Assembly: GCF_006345805.1 (NCBI RefSeq) | Contig: NC_043011.1 | Location: 36,592,464-36,656,463, forward strand | Source of the DNA: Octopus sinensis | Lineage: Eukaryota | Direction: 5' to 3' | DNA: 64,000 bases | Program-made: the position numbers and the translations under genes | The notes under the pieces: model-generated | What the model was told of the DNA's origin: nothing | Seen by the model: only the letters and a program-made list of their open reading frames with translations | Databases searched by the model: none | In this document: positions 25,700 through 38,553 of the stretch, piece after piece | How positions within the stretch are numbered: the stretch's first letter is position 1 | Layout: each line of letters starts with the position of its first letter

Positions 25700-25875
25700 T
25701 CATCGTCGTCGTCGTCATCGTCGTCGTCGTCATCGTCGTCGTCGTCATCGTCGTCGTCGTCATCATCGTCATCATCATCATCATCATCATCATCATCGCC
25801 ATCGTCATCATGACCACCATGGACATCGTTTTCCTCCTCGCTGGCTACGGTGCCCTCGTCGCATCTCCTGGCCAC
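25080..25875. repeat. (ATC/GTC)n tract with a higher-order spacer repeat
   Basis: CCATGGATAT..TTCATTCTCGTTAG.GTC.ATGCCCTCGTCG recurs at about 25403, 25523 and 25616, with a degenerate copy at about 25816. Confidence 0.9.
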
Positions 25876-26205
25876 CTCTAATAGGCAATCTCAACTTCAC
25901 TCTTTCAGTTGCAGTTCAAACAAGAAACTGAAAGAAGCCCGTCGTATATATACATGTCTAAATATTCATGTGTGTGTATCTTTGTGTCTTTGCTTGGCCC
26001 CACCCGATCAGCGCTTGAACACCGGTGTTGGTGTCTTTACGTCCTCGTACGTTAGCAGTTCGGCAAAAGCGACCGATAAAATAAGTACTAGGCTTTCAAA
26101 CAAAAAAAGTACTGACGAAAATTCAGTTGACTAAAATTCCTGAAAGTGGTGCACCAGCATGGCCACAGTCAAATGATTGAAACATGTAAAAGATAAAAAG
26201 TAAAA
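25870..26205 (+). mobile_element. SINE family B (diverged)
   Basis: GAAACTGAAAGAAGCCCGTCG followed by the tail to CAGCATGGCCACAGTCAAATGA. Confidence 0.75.
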
Positions 26206-26577
26206 AAGTCTCCTACAGCCGTTTCTAGAACAACCACGCATGTGCATCATCGTATTCAATTTATGGAAATAAGCTGAGTATACCGTCATCAGAGAGGGAG
26301 AAGTTAGAGAAATGAATAAGTTTAAGAAAATCCTCAGTCGAGGATATTAAAATATTCCAGCTTCTCAAAAATAGGGAAGGATCAAAGTAAAGTAGGTATG
26401 GAGTTCCGTGATTGAATATGGAATTCATTCTCAATATGATCATGCATATGCGTGGCTATTCCTGAAACAGCTGTAAGAGACTCTATATGATTATATTCTC
26501 TATCTAAGTTAAATATACTTTTCAAGTAATACGAAATGTTTTGCTTTTCCATTTATACTTTAATCTGTCTGTCTGTA

Positions 26578-26637
<60 letters not shown>

Positions 26638-26689
26638 CGTCCGTCTGTCTGTCTGTCTGTCTGTCTGCCTGCCTGTCTGTCTGTCTATC

Positions 26690-26745
<56 letters not shown>

Positions 26746-28011
26746 CATCTATCTCTACGTATGTACGTAAGTATGTATGTATCTGTATATCTATCCTTCT
26801 ATCTATGCGCGCACGCGTGTATGTGTGTTTGTGTGTGTGTGTGTGTGTGTATGTGCTTAGAAGCTGAAGATTATGCTGAATTTTTTTTACGCTGTGAAAT
26901 GTTTACGTAATATAGAACTCAATTCATTGGCTAGAGTGGGTAGGCTATATCTATTATATCAAACGATGACAGCTTACTTGAGTTTTCTTTTCGGCTACGA
27001 TGTTCTTAAACAACGTTAAGAAGCGTGTGTGTGAGTGCGTATATATAAATATACATACATATATGTATACATATATATACGCACATATATGCGTATGTAA
27101 GTATGAATGTACTGAAGTGGTTTAGAAGGTACCTCACATTGCAATGTTCAACAGAGGCTGATAGAGTCGACCTAGACATTAGTAATGTTAACATACTTAT
27201 GTGATTTGCTTTCCCAAACAACGTTCTTCGACATTTATATAGCTTGACTTGAGGAGCATATATTTCAATAGAAGTGTTTAACCTTATTGTGCTCGATGAT
27301 TCAACAGATATTGGTACACATTCATAGACATTACCGTTAGGTTCAATTGAGGTTACAAGAGTTAACTACAGAATTATATATTTCATCAGTTTTGTAAGCA
27401 GAACACTTTTTCTGGTTTTTGTATTTTTATAATTTGTCTGTTCAAATAAATTATTGTATAGAGTTCAGTAGATGTTACAAGAGCTAGCTAAATAAATATA
27501 TATTTCAACAGAAGTCTGTAAGCAAAGCTTTTTTTATTTGTCTACACAAAGACTTCTCTCCTCTTTTATATCATACAAAATTTAATTTCAATAAAACCAA
27601 TCTTTGATAAACATTTAAATGTCAATATGTAGTAAATAGCAGATTCTTAATTCTGTTTAACCCTTTCATAATTATATTCCTGTTGAATTATATTGTCTAT
27701 ATAATATTTCGATTACTTTAGAAAATAGTGAAGAATTTAGAGGTTTTTAGTAATTTAACTAATGTTTTCTTGTTTTTGTATATTTGATTAATCTTAACAA
27801 AAGATTCTTACATAAAATTATGAGGGAAATATTGTACGGAAAGAAGAGAACTGTTGATACAGAGCTTCATGAGAAACAGAAGTTCAAATGAACCGAACTA
27901 ATGTTAGAAAGAGGGGTCCTCTTTTATCTTTGAGATATGGGGCAATTTTCCGAGCCGTTTGAATAAACGAACGAATAAATTAGGGAGCAGAGAAGACCCT
28001 TTACAGTCTTA

Positions 28012-28265
28012 AAGTAGCACTCCATCGGTTACGATGACAAGGGTTCCAGTTTATGTGATCAACTGCACAGCTTGATCATGAAATTAACGAATTAACGTAC
28101 AAGTGGCTGAGCAGTCTGCAGATACGCGTACACATAACGTAGTTCTCAAGGAAATTCAGCATGGCAGAAAACGTGACAAGGATGGCCCTTTGAAAATTAC
28201 AGGTACTACTCAGTTTTGAAAGCTGAGTGGATTGGAATAACGTGAGTTTTCTAGTTTTACTAGAG
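28012..28265 (-). mobile_element. SINE-like fragment, family E
   Basis: GTTACGATGACAAGGGTTCCAGT..ACAAGTGGCTGAGCA..GCTGAGTGGA; distinct from families A-C; recalled as a cephalopod interspersed repeat, not verified. Confidence 0.45.
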
Positions 28266-28539
28266 AGCATACAGCCTATCAAGCTTTAGTGCAATGATAA
28301 AATGCATCCAAGAAATTTTGTAAAATGGTTGCTGATAGAAAGAGCAACTAACTATAAAACCAATACAAAACAAAAACGTTTAAGTAAGGTTCTCGGCCCG
28401 TCTAGTGTGTGTGTGTGTGTGTGTTTTTTTGTTGAGGGGAAATAATTCTGGACAAAACTGACTGTGACGACGAGGGCCTGTCCAACCCATAGCAGCATGG
28501 AGAAACAGATGTAGATACGAAATGGTAGTAAGGAACGAT

Positions 28540-28854
28540 ATTGACGAATGACCATGATAATGATGAGAGTAATGATGACGAGGATGACACACGACGTCGA
28601 CGACGATCACTGATGATTCTGATGACGGTGGTGATGATGATGATGATGATGATGATGATAATGGTGGTGATGATGATGATGATGATGATGATGGTGTTGA
28701 TGATGATAACGTTGACGATGATGATGAGGACGAAGATGATGATAATGGTGATGATGATGATATGATGAAGATGGTGATGAAGATGATTATGATGGTGATG
28801 ATGATGGTGATGGTGATGGTGATGAAGATGATGATGATGATGATAAAGATGAAT

Positions 28855-28890
<36 letters not shown>

Positions 28891-28960
28891 TTGATGATGA
28901 TAATGGTGATGACGTTGACGATGATTATGATGACGACGACGACGAGGATGATGAAGAAGA
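28540..28960. repeat. Imperfect (GAT)n microsatellite
   Basis: Directly visible. Confidence 0.9.
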
Positions 28961-29689
28961 CAGATTTATATAATACATACAATAAAATTAAACGGTTCTA
29001 CGTCGGTATAGACGATGAGTAATCGATTGCTCTATCAACCGAAATAACAAGCACATTAAATTAGCATGCAAGTGACTGAAAAGTCTTCGGATACAATTCC
29101 ATCTTGGGAATTACTCTAAAAAACCCCCAGGACTAAATCAGCGTTACAGTGGAATAACAGGTACAATCCATCCGACGGGATTCCACATAGTTTCCATGTA
29201 GTTAACGTAAATTCACTAACAAGGTTTGTGTCGATTCAAGGTTATGGTAAGACTCACCTACTTAACATGCCAAGCAAGGAGATCGAACTTGGAACCGCGA
29301 TGCAGCAAAGAAAACGTCGCTTCTTAATTATTGAGCGTGGTTACAACGCAAAACAGTCAGCCACCCGCCATTAGTTAAGCTGTTTAGTTAAGAAGGTTGC
29401 TTCCAAATCATGTACCCTCGGGTTCTATCCCATTCGGTTGCACTTTGGACACGCGTCATCTATTGCAGCACCAGGTAGGCCAGAGCCTTGTGACTGAATT
29501 TGATAGACGGAAGCTGGACGAAGTCTGTCGCATACATAATACATACATGCATACATGCATGCATGCGTACATATATACATACATACATACTGGGTGTGTG
29601 GTAAGTAGCTTGCTTACCAACCACATGGTTCCGGGTTCCTTCCCAGCTTCGGTGGAAAACATGAATGAACATAGGGAAATATTCCTTTC

Positions 29690-30745
29690 TACTATAAGCA
29701 CAAGGTCTGAATTTTTTTTGTTGGGGGCAGTAAGTCGAGTACATCGACCCCAGTGTTTCACCGGTACTTAATTTAATCGACCCCGAAAGGATGAAAAGCA
29801 AAGTCGACCCCGGCGGAATTTGAACTCAGAACGTAAAAACAGACGAAATACCTATTTCTTTACTACCCACAAGGGGCTAAATACAGAGAGGACAAACAAG
29901 GACAGACAAACGGATTAAGCCGATTATATCAACCCCAGTGCGTAACTGGTACTTAATTTTTCGACGCCGAAATGATGAAAGGCAAAGTCGACCTCGGCGG
30001 AATTTAAACACAGAACGTAAGGACGGGCGAAGTACCGCGAAGCACTCCACCCGGCGCGCTAACGATTCAGCCAGCTTGCCGCCTTAACATGGGGTGATGT
30101 TTATTTCTTTATTGCCCACAGGGGGGATAAACATAGAGGGGACAAACTAGGATAGACAAAGGGATTAAGTCGATTACATCGACCCCAGAGCGTAATTGGT
30201 ACTTTTTTAATCGACCCCGAAATGATGAAAGGCAAGGTTGACTCCTGCGGCACTTGAACTCAGAACATGAAGACAAAATACCACTAAGCATTTTGCCCGG
30301 CGTGCTAACGTTTCTTATTTCTTTATTGCCCACAAGGAGCTAAACATAGAGGGGACAAACAAGGACAAACAAAGGGATTAAGTCGATTACATCGACCCCA
30401 GTGCGTAATTGGTACTTATTTAATCGACCCCGACAAGATAAAAAGCAAAGTTAACCTCAGCGGAATTTGAACTCAGAACGTAACAGCAGACGAAATACCT
30501 ATTTATATTTCTTTACTACCCACAAGGGGCGAAACACAGAGGAGACGAACAAAGACAGACAGAGGGATTAATCGATTATATCGACCCCAGTGCGTAATTA
30601 GTACTTATTTAATTGATCCCGAAAGGATGAAAGGCAAAGTCGACCTCGGCGGAATTTGAACTCAGAACGTAACGACAGACGAAATACCGCTAAGCATTTC
30701 GCCCGGCATGCTAACGATTCAGCCAGCTCGCCGCCTTAACATGGG
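29690..30745 (-). mobile_element. SINE family A tandem array (5-6 units)
   Basis: Core AAGTCGACC.CGGCGGAATTT (or variants) at about 29800, 29985, 30235, 30450 and 30640. Confidence 0.85.
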
Positions 30746-32389
30746 GAAATATTGCCTTGACTGGAAACAGGCGATGACTGGCGACAGGAAAAGCATCTGG
30801 CCGTAGAAAATCAAATCTGCTTCAACAAATACCGTCTGTCCCATACATGTATAGAAAAGTGGTCGTTAAATGGTGATGATGTCAATGCTATAGACACCCA
30901 CAAAAACATACACATATAGCATATATATATATATTCAATCTCTTCCTGACTGATTTCTCTCCTTCCTTCCCCTTTCCTCTCCCCCTCTCTCTTTGTAATA
31001 TACACAATACACATGTGTAAATAATAGTATTGGCGTATTCTTGTATTCCTCAGTTAAAATTAATCACAAATAAATACATTACAGTTACGTTAATGTCGTG
31101 CCACGGTGTCTTTGCTTTTGCTTTCAGTTAGACAAGAACACCAACACCAACACCATCAACACCAGCACCAACAACACCAGCACCAATAAAAAAAAACAAC
31201 AACAAAACAAAAATAAATATCAATAACCAAAAACAGAAAGTAAAAAAAAAATAGAAAGCAAAAAATTATAAAATAAAATAGAGGGAAAGAAACATCCTCA
31301 AAAAAATACAAAAAACCCCCAAGAAACAAACAAAACAACCAAACCGAATTGAGAATATCTCCAGCCAAAGCGATAGCATGGAATTTCATTTGGATTTTTT
31401 TTTCCCTTCCTTTCCTTCTTTCATTCTCTGTAATGAAATGTCTCTCATTCGTCATCAAAGTGTTGTTCTATGAATAAATTTATTCTTTCTAAATCACACA
31501 GAAATGACAGTATTATACACTTTTACATTCTTTTCTTTGAAGTTTTCCCTTAATTTACTTTCTTGCTTTTCCCCTTCTTTATTTTTTTTTATTTATTTTG
31601 TTTTTGTTTTTGTTTTTATTTTTGGTCTTGCGATGCTATTATGTATATCAGACAACATGCAATCATCATCATCGTCGTCATCATCATCATCAACTTCGTC
31701 ATCGTCATCACTGCTAAACCCACACTACATTCACTATCATCGTCGTTGTCACCGTAGTCGTGGTCGTGGTCGTCGCTCTTCCTCACTTTCTTTTTCCTCC
31801 TCTTCCTAATAAAAAAGTTATGACAACTTTTCCAATACTTTCGGTACAAACATCGTGTGTGAGCGTTTGGTTGTGTGTGTATACATACATACATATCCAC
31901 ATATATATATGTATATATATATATATATTAATATAAGTGTTCAATATTATGTATTCATTAAGGCCGATCATACCAATAGGTTTCGCACTTGAGGTTCAAC
32001 GGAGTGTTAGATAACAGTCCGATTATGTAACCCGGCTCTCTTCAGAGATGCAGTTGTTGAGTGAAATATGACAACTGCTCTCTTTTGTTGGAGGTGAAAT
32101 AAACACATCTTATTTGTGGTTGGTGTGAAAAAGATGACGAAACGAACCGAGCAAGGGTTAGGTTAAGAGTCATGTCCATTGCCACCAAAATGGCGTCTGG
32201 GGGTGTTGCATGGTGACGTGGGTTGTCTAGAAAAGTGTGTGTGGGAAATGACTGTATGTTTTAAGGTTGGTGCTTTTGTAGAGTTAGAATGTACAGTGAT
32301 ACAGTATATATTGCACTTTCGGGGAGGGGATATATATATATGTATGTGTATATTATGCATGAATGAATGTACATATATATCTCTGTATG

Positions 32390-32462
<73 letters not shown>

Positions 32463-32949
32463 CATGTGTTGTGTATGTATTATAATATATATATATACAT
32501 GTTGTGTGTATGTATGTATATATATATATATATATTATATATATATATAATATATATATAACATCTGTATAAATATATATATATACATATGTCTAATATA
32601 CACATATGTATACATCTTCACATATATATTTTCTTCTACTACTAAGCACTGACCTGTTCAATCACCTAATCTATATTCCTAAATTCTTCATTCCATACTA
32701 CTACCCCTCTCCCTGCCCCATTACTTAGACTCTATCACTACATGACTGACACTCCTTTACATTTTATACCTCTCTCTCTCTATCACTCACCATTCCTTCT
32801 ATCTTTTTACACCCTCATCTCCCCATTCCTACTTTCAAATTATCTTGACTGGCCTCTAACTGGTATACTTTCTCGTGTTATCTATCTCTTTGTTTTCCTT
32901 CTTTCTTGTCTCTCTTCTCTTTATTCCTCTCTTCCTGTTTTTCTTTTTT

Positions 32950-33345
32950 CTTCTCTTTTTTCTCTTTTTTTATATTCTTCTCTTCCTGTTTTCGATTTCA
33001 CCTTACAAATACATTCCCTACCTTTAGGTCACTTTAAATAAAACCCTTGATTCAATAGCACTTTACACAAAATCTATACTTGCAATGACCAATTCTAGAT
33101 ACAATTGGATTTTACTCACAAGGTACTGAAATCTTATATGTATACCATTCTGCCTAAATAATGGATCTACAAATGCAATATCCCTGCATATCGCACATCT
33201 ATTTTCATTCCTCCACTTCACTCTCTATTTCGTATCTTATCTAAATTAACTATTGCTTAACCATTTTCTCACACCGTCTCCGATGAAGGGATATAATAAA
33301 TATCCTGGAAACAGCTGTAAGACCTTCTATTTATAAAGATTCTAA
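32950..33345 (+). mobile_element. Penelope-like 3' end / pseudo-LTR remnant
   Basis: PFCLN near 33155 resembles the PLE terminal P.GLN; pyrimidine-rich UTR; hammerhead motif follows. Confidence 0.5.
33276..33323 (+). ncRNA. Type I hammerhead-like motif (U4C core variant)
   Basis: GUCU-CCGAUGA-AGGGAUAU aauaa AUAUCCUG-GAAA-CAGCUG-UA|AGAC; stem I GUCU/AGAC; palindromic stem III. Confidence 0.65.
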
Positions 33346-33398
33346 AATCTTGTTTTTTTTATCTCATTCTGAAAACACACACACACACGCATACACAC

Positions 33399-33452
<54 letters not shown>

Positions 33453-33502
33453 CGTAAATGTCGAACGATGGAAATAAGTGCTCAACGAAGTATTGATAGA
33501 TA

Positions 33503-33795
33503 TAATTTCTTTATTTGTGACTTAAGGCTACCATTGGTTTCATGTTAAGAAAAGAAGAAAAGTAGGAAATATCCTAGTGTCCTAATAATTTTCCAAGCAG
33601 AACACATGGAAAAGGTTCTTCACCTCTATTTCTAAAAACAGTCTTGCTTCGTTGACGGTGAGACTATTTTCCAAAATGGAGGCGAACACCTTTCTCCATG
33701 TAATCGGCTTGAAAAATTGTTAAGACATTAGGATATTGGATATTTTCCTACTTTACTTAACATGAAACTAGTGGTAGCCTTAATTCACAAATAAA

Positions 33796-33801
<6 letters not shown>
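33503..33801. repeat. Foldback element, arms of about 95 bp
   Basis: ATTTCTTTATTTGTGACTTAAGGCTACCATTGGTTTCATGTTAAG pairs with CTTAACATGAAACTAGTGGTAGCCTTAATTCACAAATAAAGAAAT. Confidence 0.85.
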
Positions 33802-33865
<64 letters not shown>

Positions 33866-34455
33866 GCACATATATATCTGTGCGTGTGTATGTTTGTGTG
33901 CGTGTATTTCTTGTTTCATGAAAGACATGACGGTATCAAGTTTTATCCTTTTTCTTAGAGATTTTTTATATTTGCATCTCGATTTCACGCAACTACTTTG
34001 GAACAATAGAGTTTCTATATCCATATTTAATGTTTCCAGATCCTCGCAGTCCGTCTTCAAGTACTGAAATAAATTCGATGCCTGCAATTCTTTTATTATA
34101 CAGATCAATTTTTCTCTTAGGTTACCATGTTAGAATTCACATGTTAATTGTTCTTATGTAGTTGCTATTTTCGTGTTTCTTTTGCGTGTTTCTTTTGGCA
34201 TTCATGATTAATCTTCAATGATTGTGAAGACTTTTAGAGTGAGTATTATCCACTTGTATTTTATCTAACTTGTTTTGTGATGGGCAGTATAGTACGTTGT
34301 TAATGCATGGTTAAAGACAGAATCAGGGGCTATATGACACATTATTAGACTTCCTTCCTTAGTCATTTGCACGGGGTCGCTATAAGCTTTAAGCTTACAA
34401 AAATACCATTATCATTATTTATAGAATTTAAAACTCGACACCGCTTAACAAAACA

Positions 34456-34517
<62 letters not shown>

Positions 34518-34520
<3 letters not shown>

Positions 34521-35530
34521 GGATTGGACAAAGTATTGGAAACACCTTAAAATTTCAAACAGAATTATTTGAATACGGGATAGAACCCGCTTTGGCAGTA
34601 ATTATACCTTGAATTGTACGAGGTATGGACTTGTGCAAAAATTGAATTGTTTCCAAAGGAATTTTTGTCCATTCTTCAGCTAAAACAGTCTTCAGTTCTT
34701 GTAGTGATGATGGTGAAGGATATCGACTCCTTACTTGTTTTTTCTAAAATATATTATAAATGTTCAATAATATCGAGATCTGGGGACTGTGGTGTTCAGA
34801 TAATATGTTCAACTTCACTAGAATGTTCCTCATTACATTCAGTAACAACTTTAGCTGTGTGAATTGGTGCATTATCATCCCAAAAGATTACGTTTCTCTC
34901 CGCAAACAATTCCGCAACCATAGGATGAATTTGATAAGATAAAATGCTTAAATAGTCTTGACTAGTAATTCTGCCATGAAGGGAAATCATTGGGCTGGCG
35001 GATTTCCAAGATATAGCCCCAGCCTCAGATCATCACAGATCCTCCTCCATGTTTAACAGTTGAAAGAAGGCAGTCTGTGTCAAATACTTCTTTTGGCTGT
35101 CTCCACACGTATACTTGGCCGGTGGTTGGAAATAAGGTAAAGTGTGACTCGTCCGAGAAAATAACTTTCTTCCACTGCTCTAGGGACCAATTCTGTAGGT
35201 TTTTACTCCACTGTAAATGCTTTGCAACGTTCATTTTTGAAAATAGTGGTTTTCTGATTGCAGCCCTCTCGTGAAATCCGGCCTTCTGCAGCTCCCGGCG
35301 AACAGTTTTTGTGGAACTGGGTTCTTGAGGTGGTCATTAAGCTCAGCAGTAATTCTGGGAGCTGTACTTCAAACATGACTCTCTTCTTACGAACTTGAAT
35401 TTCAGGAAGGCCAAGCGGAATGAAGTCAGAACTGAAATCCTTGAAACAAATTGGCAATCGCAACATTAACGAAGGATCTGTTGAAGGCATGTCACATATA
35501 AACACGCCTGTTCCTGCAAGCACTTGATTC
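34518..35530 (-). mobile_element. Decayed Tc1-family transposon (DD34E type), one TIR visible
   Basis: TA|CAGGGATTGGACAAAGTATTGGAAACACC end; KVIFSDESHF, TVKHGGGSVMI, DDNAPIH and SPDLDIIEHL motifs across frameshifted ORFs. Confidence 0.9.
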
Positions 35531-35559
35531 CGTGAGTTACACAGATAGCAATGTGTAAC

Positions 35560-37113
35560 CGAATCAAACCAACAAAACAACTATAAAAACCAAACTCTCT
35601 CAGCAATTGAGATTGAGTAAAGAAAAAAGAACATCGAGCTGCACCTAAAACTATCTCATGAAAAAGAAACTTCGCCGAGGGAACAACGAGCAGTGAAAAA
35701 TATACAATTTACTTCTAAGTTCTATAATATTTCCCCTTTGCTAAACAAAAAATCAGCTATGCATAATCAGATTGGATCTGTAATGGACCAAAATGGATCA
35801 TATACTAACGATTCATCACAAATATGCTTATTCTTGAGTCAACATTGTGACAGTGCATCTTCCCAAACTATAGTTAACAAAATACCATATGAGCCAAATG
35901 AATTCTTTGATACTAGAGCTCAACTTACAGCTAATGACTTAGATTCAAACTCAGCCTCTGGACCAGATGGTCTCCCAGCCATACTACTAAAAATTGCAAA
36001 AACAACATCGTGAACCTATTAAAAATACCATTTCAAAAGTCGCTAGATACCGGTGAATTTCCAGAACTATTAAAAGACACAACAGTAATACCTATACACA
36101 AAGGAAGGTAGTAAGACTGAAGCTAAAAACCACAGATCTGTTTCACTCACATCTCTTGCATCTAAAATTATCAAACGCATTGTCTAAAATAGAATTAGTA
36201 CATGTCTTGTGGAAAACAACCTAGTAGATGATATACAGCATAGTTTCTGGTCTAGACGAAGTTGCCTTTCACAATTTTTACCGTATTACTTATTTCACAA
36301 CTAGCACTGTAACTCTATTCTTAATAATCTCTTGAAAGGAAAGGACATTGACTGTATATATTTTGATTTTGTAAAGGCGTTCAACAAGGTTGTTCATGGA
36401 ATCATCTGTCATAAGAGAAGGTATTTTGGTATCTTAGGAAAACTCAGAGAATGGCTCTTTGATTTTCTACATAGTAGGGGCCAATCTGTTGCTGGAAATG
36501 GTTTTCGCCCTGTAAAGTTACCTGTAATGAGTGGTATGCCTCAGGGAACGGTTCTTGGACTATACCTATTTATCACCAAACTATCACAAGTGTACTCATC
36601 CGAAATAACGAGTTACGTCGATGATGCAAAAATTTCCATGGCAATCCGAACTCCAGAAGATACTGTCACCCTCCAAAATGAGTTAAACCGCATTTCATCA
36701 ATAAGTGGATCAAAACAATATGAAAATTAAAACATCAAAACTTCATATTGTTCGTTACAGAGGGAATACACAAAAAGCACAATATGTGACTCCAGAATGA
36801 TTCACAACACTAATGACATAAGAAGTAATCATGTAAAATGGTGTATCTTTCATTAGTCACATCACCAAACCGACTTCTAAATGCAGACATCTCATAGGAT
36901 GGATCCTACAAACCTTTGTGATAAGAGAACCAGTAGTTAGGCTTACTGGGCAGGTTAGATTACTGCTCACAACTTTGGTCTCCTAATTCATCCGGTCTCT
37001 TAGAAGAAATTAAAAGGTTACAAAGAACGTTCGCCAGTAAAATACCTTTGGTTAAAAGACTTAGTTACTGGGAATATTTGAAAGCACTGCGTTTCAAATG
37101 TCATGAATGCTGA

Positions 37114-37172
<59 letters not shown>

Positions 37173-37330
37173 ATCACATACGTATGGAAAATCCTGTTCC
37201 AAACTTCGAGATTAGAGAGAAAGTTAATGCACCAACTGTTAGACCCTGTCGGCTTCCAAATATATTACCTTCGAAATCACAAGCAGAACCACTTTGTCTC
37301 GTGATGGAAAATGGGGTCATAAATGGAAAA
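35560..37330 (+). mobile_element. Decayed CR1-like LINE (RT region and C-terminus)
   Basis: SGPDGLP, DCIYFDFVKAFNKVVH, SGMPQGTVLG, YVDDAKI; many stops and frameshifts. Confidence 0.85.
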
Positions 37331-37788
37331 GGTTTAAGAAGCGCTGATGTATAATGATAAAAAAAATTGTTACACCTGTGTTTCTTTCGTTATTAAAATC
37401 GAAAAAAATCGGCCCTGTTTGTAAAAAATTTGGACTTGAGTTTGCACCCACGAAGCAATTTTCGTTCCCGGGCCACTGTATACACACACACACACACACA
37501 CACACACCACACACACACAACACACACACACGCACACACACACACACACATATATACACATATACACATATATACACATATATACACGTCGGGGAGTTAT
37601 GTATTCATCACAACTATCCGACGAACGTTAACGTGTAACTTTGAGTAGGAGTTTTGTGAAAATTTTGCAGCTTCAATAAAAGCATATTGCTCTACCTTTG
37701 GTATTCGAGTACTATTTTGTTTCCTCTCCTATTGCATTTATGTGCTTACTTGTGTGTGCTAGTGTTGTATAATACACACCACACACAG

Positions 37789-37874
<86 letters not shown>

Positions 37875-38244
37875 ATATACAGAGAGAGAGAGAGGGAGAG
37901 AAACAAGATTTCTGGTATTTTTATCTTAAGATTATATACAAACACACACACACACGCGCGAACACACACACTATATACATATATATATGATGGTGAAAGG
38001 GAGAGAAAGAAGACAGGGAGGGGAGAGGAAGAGGCAGACGAAGAGAAGGGGAGAGAGAGTAACAAAGGTTGACCAAGTGTGAGTCAATTTCAAATGAATG
38101 CCCAAGAGATAGCCATTCAGTGCCAATGTTAGTTTAAACAAATTGTTCTAGTACTAAAGTTTCTGTACCATTCACTAAGCGACCTCAAACTCATTTCTAT
38201 ACTCCTGTGGGAGTAACTATTATACGCAGTATTTTGAAGCAGCA

Positions 38245-38324
<80 letters not shown>

Positions 38325-38325
38325 G

Positions 38326-38364
<39 letters not shown>

Positions 38365-38553
38365 CTGTCTCTCTCTGTCTCTCTCTGTCTCTCTCTGTCT
38401 CTCTGTCTGTCTCTCTCTATCTATCTATCTATCTATCTATCTCTCTATCTATCTATCATATATATGTAGTTCAAATTTACAGAAAAACAAAAGACGAAGA
38501 CAGGTGTAGGAAAAACACCCCGTCTCTCTCTCACTATATATATTTATATGGTG

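Noticed and set aside
21122-30745. Regularly spaced repeats that might suggest a CRISPR-like array
   Set aside because: Units are SINE A multimers with conserved bodies, not short repeats with unique spacers; eukaryotic context, no cas genes.
31975-32055. Hammerhead-like CUGAAGA..CGAAACC..GGUA on the minus strand
   Set aside because: No contiguous stem II at the core and stem I does not pair.
33864-34140. Minus-strand ORF ELQASNLFQYLKTDCEDLE..
   Set aside because: No recognisable motif; may be a decayed TE N-terminus but cannot be supported.
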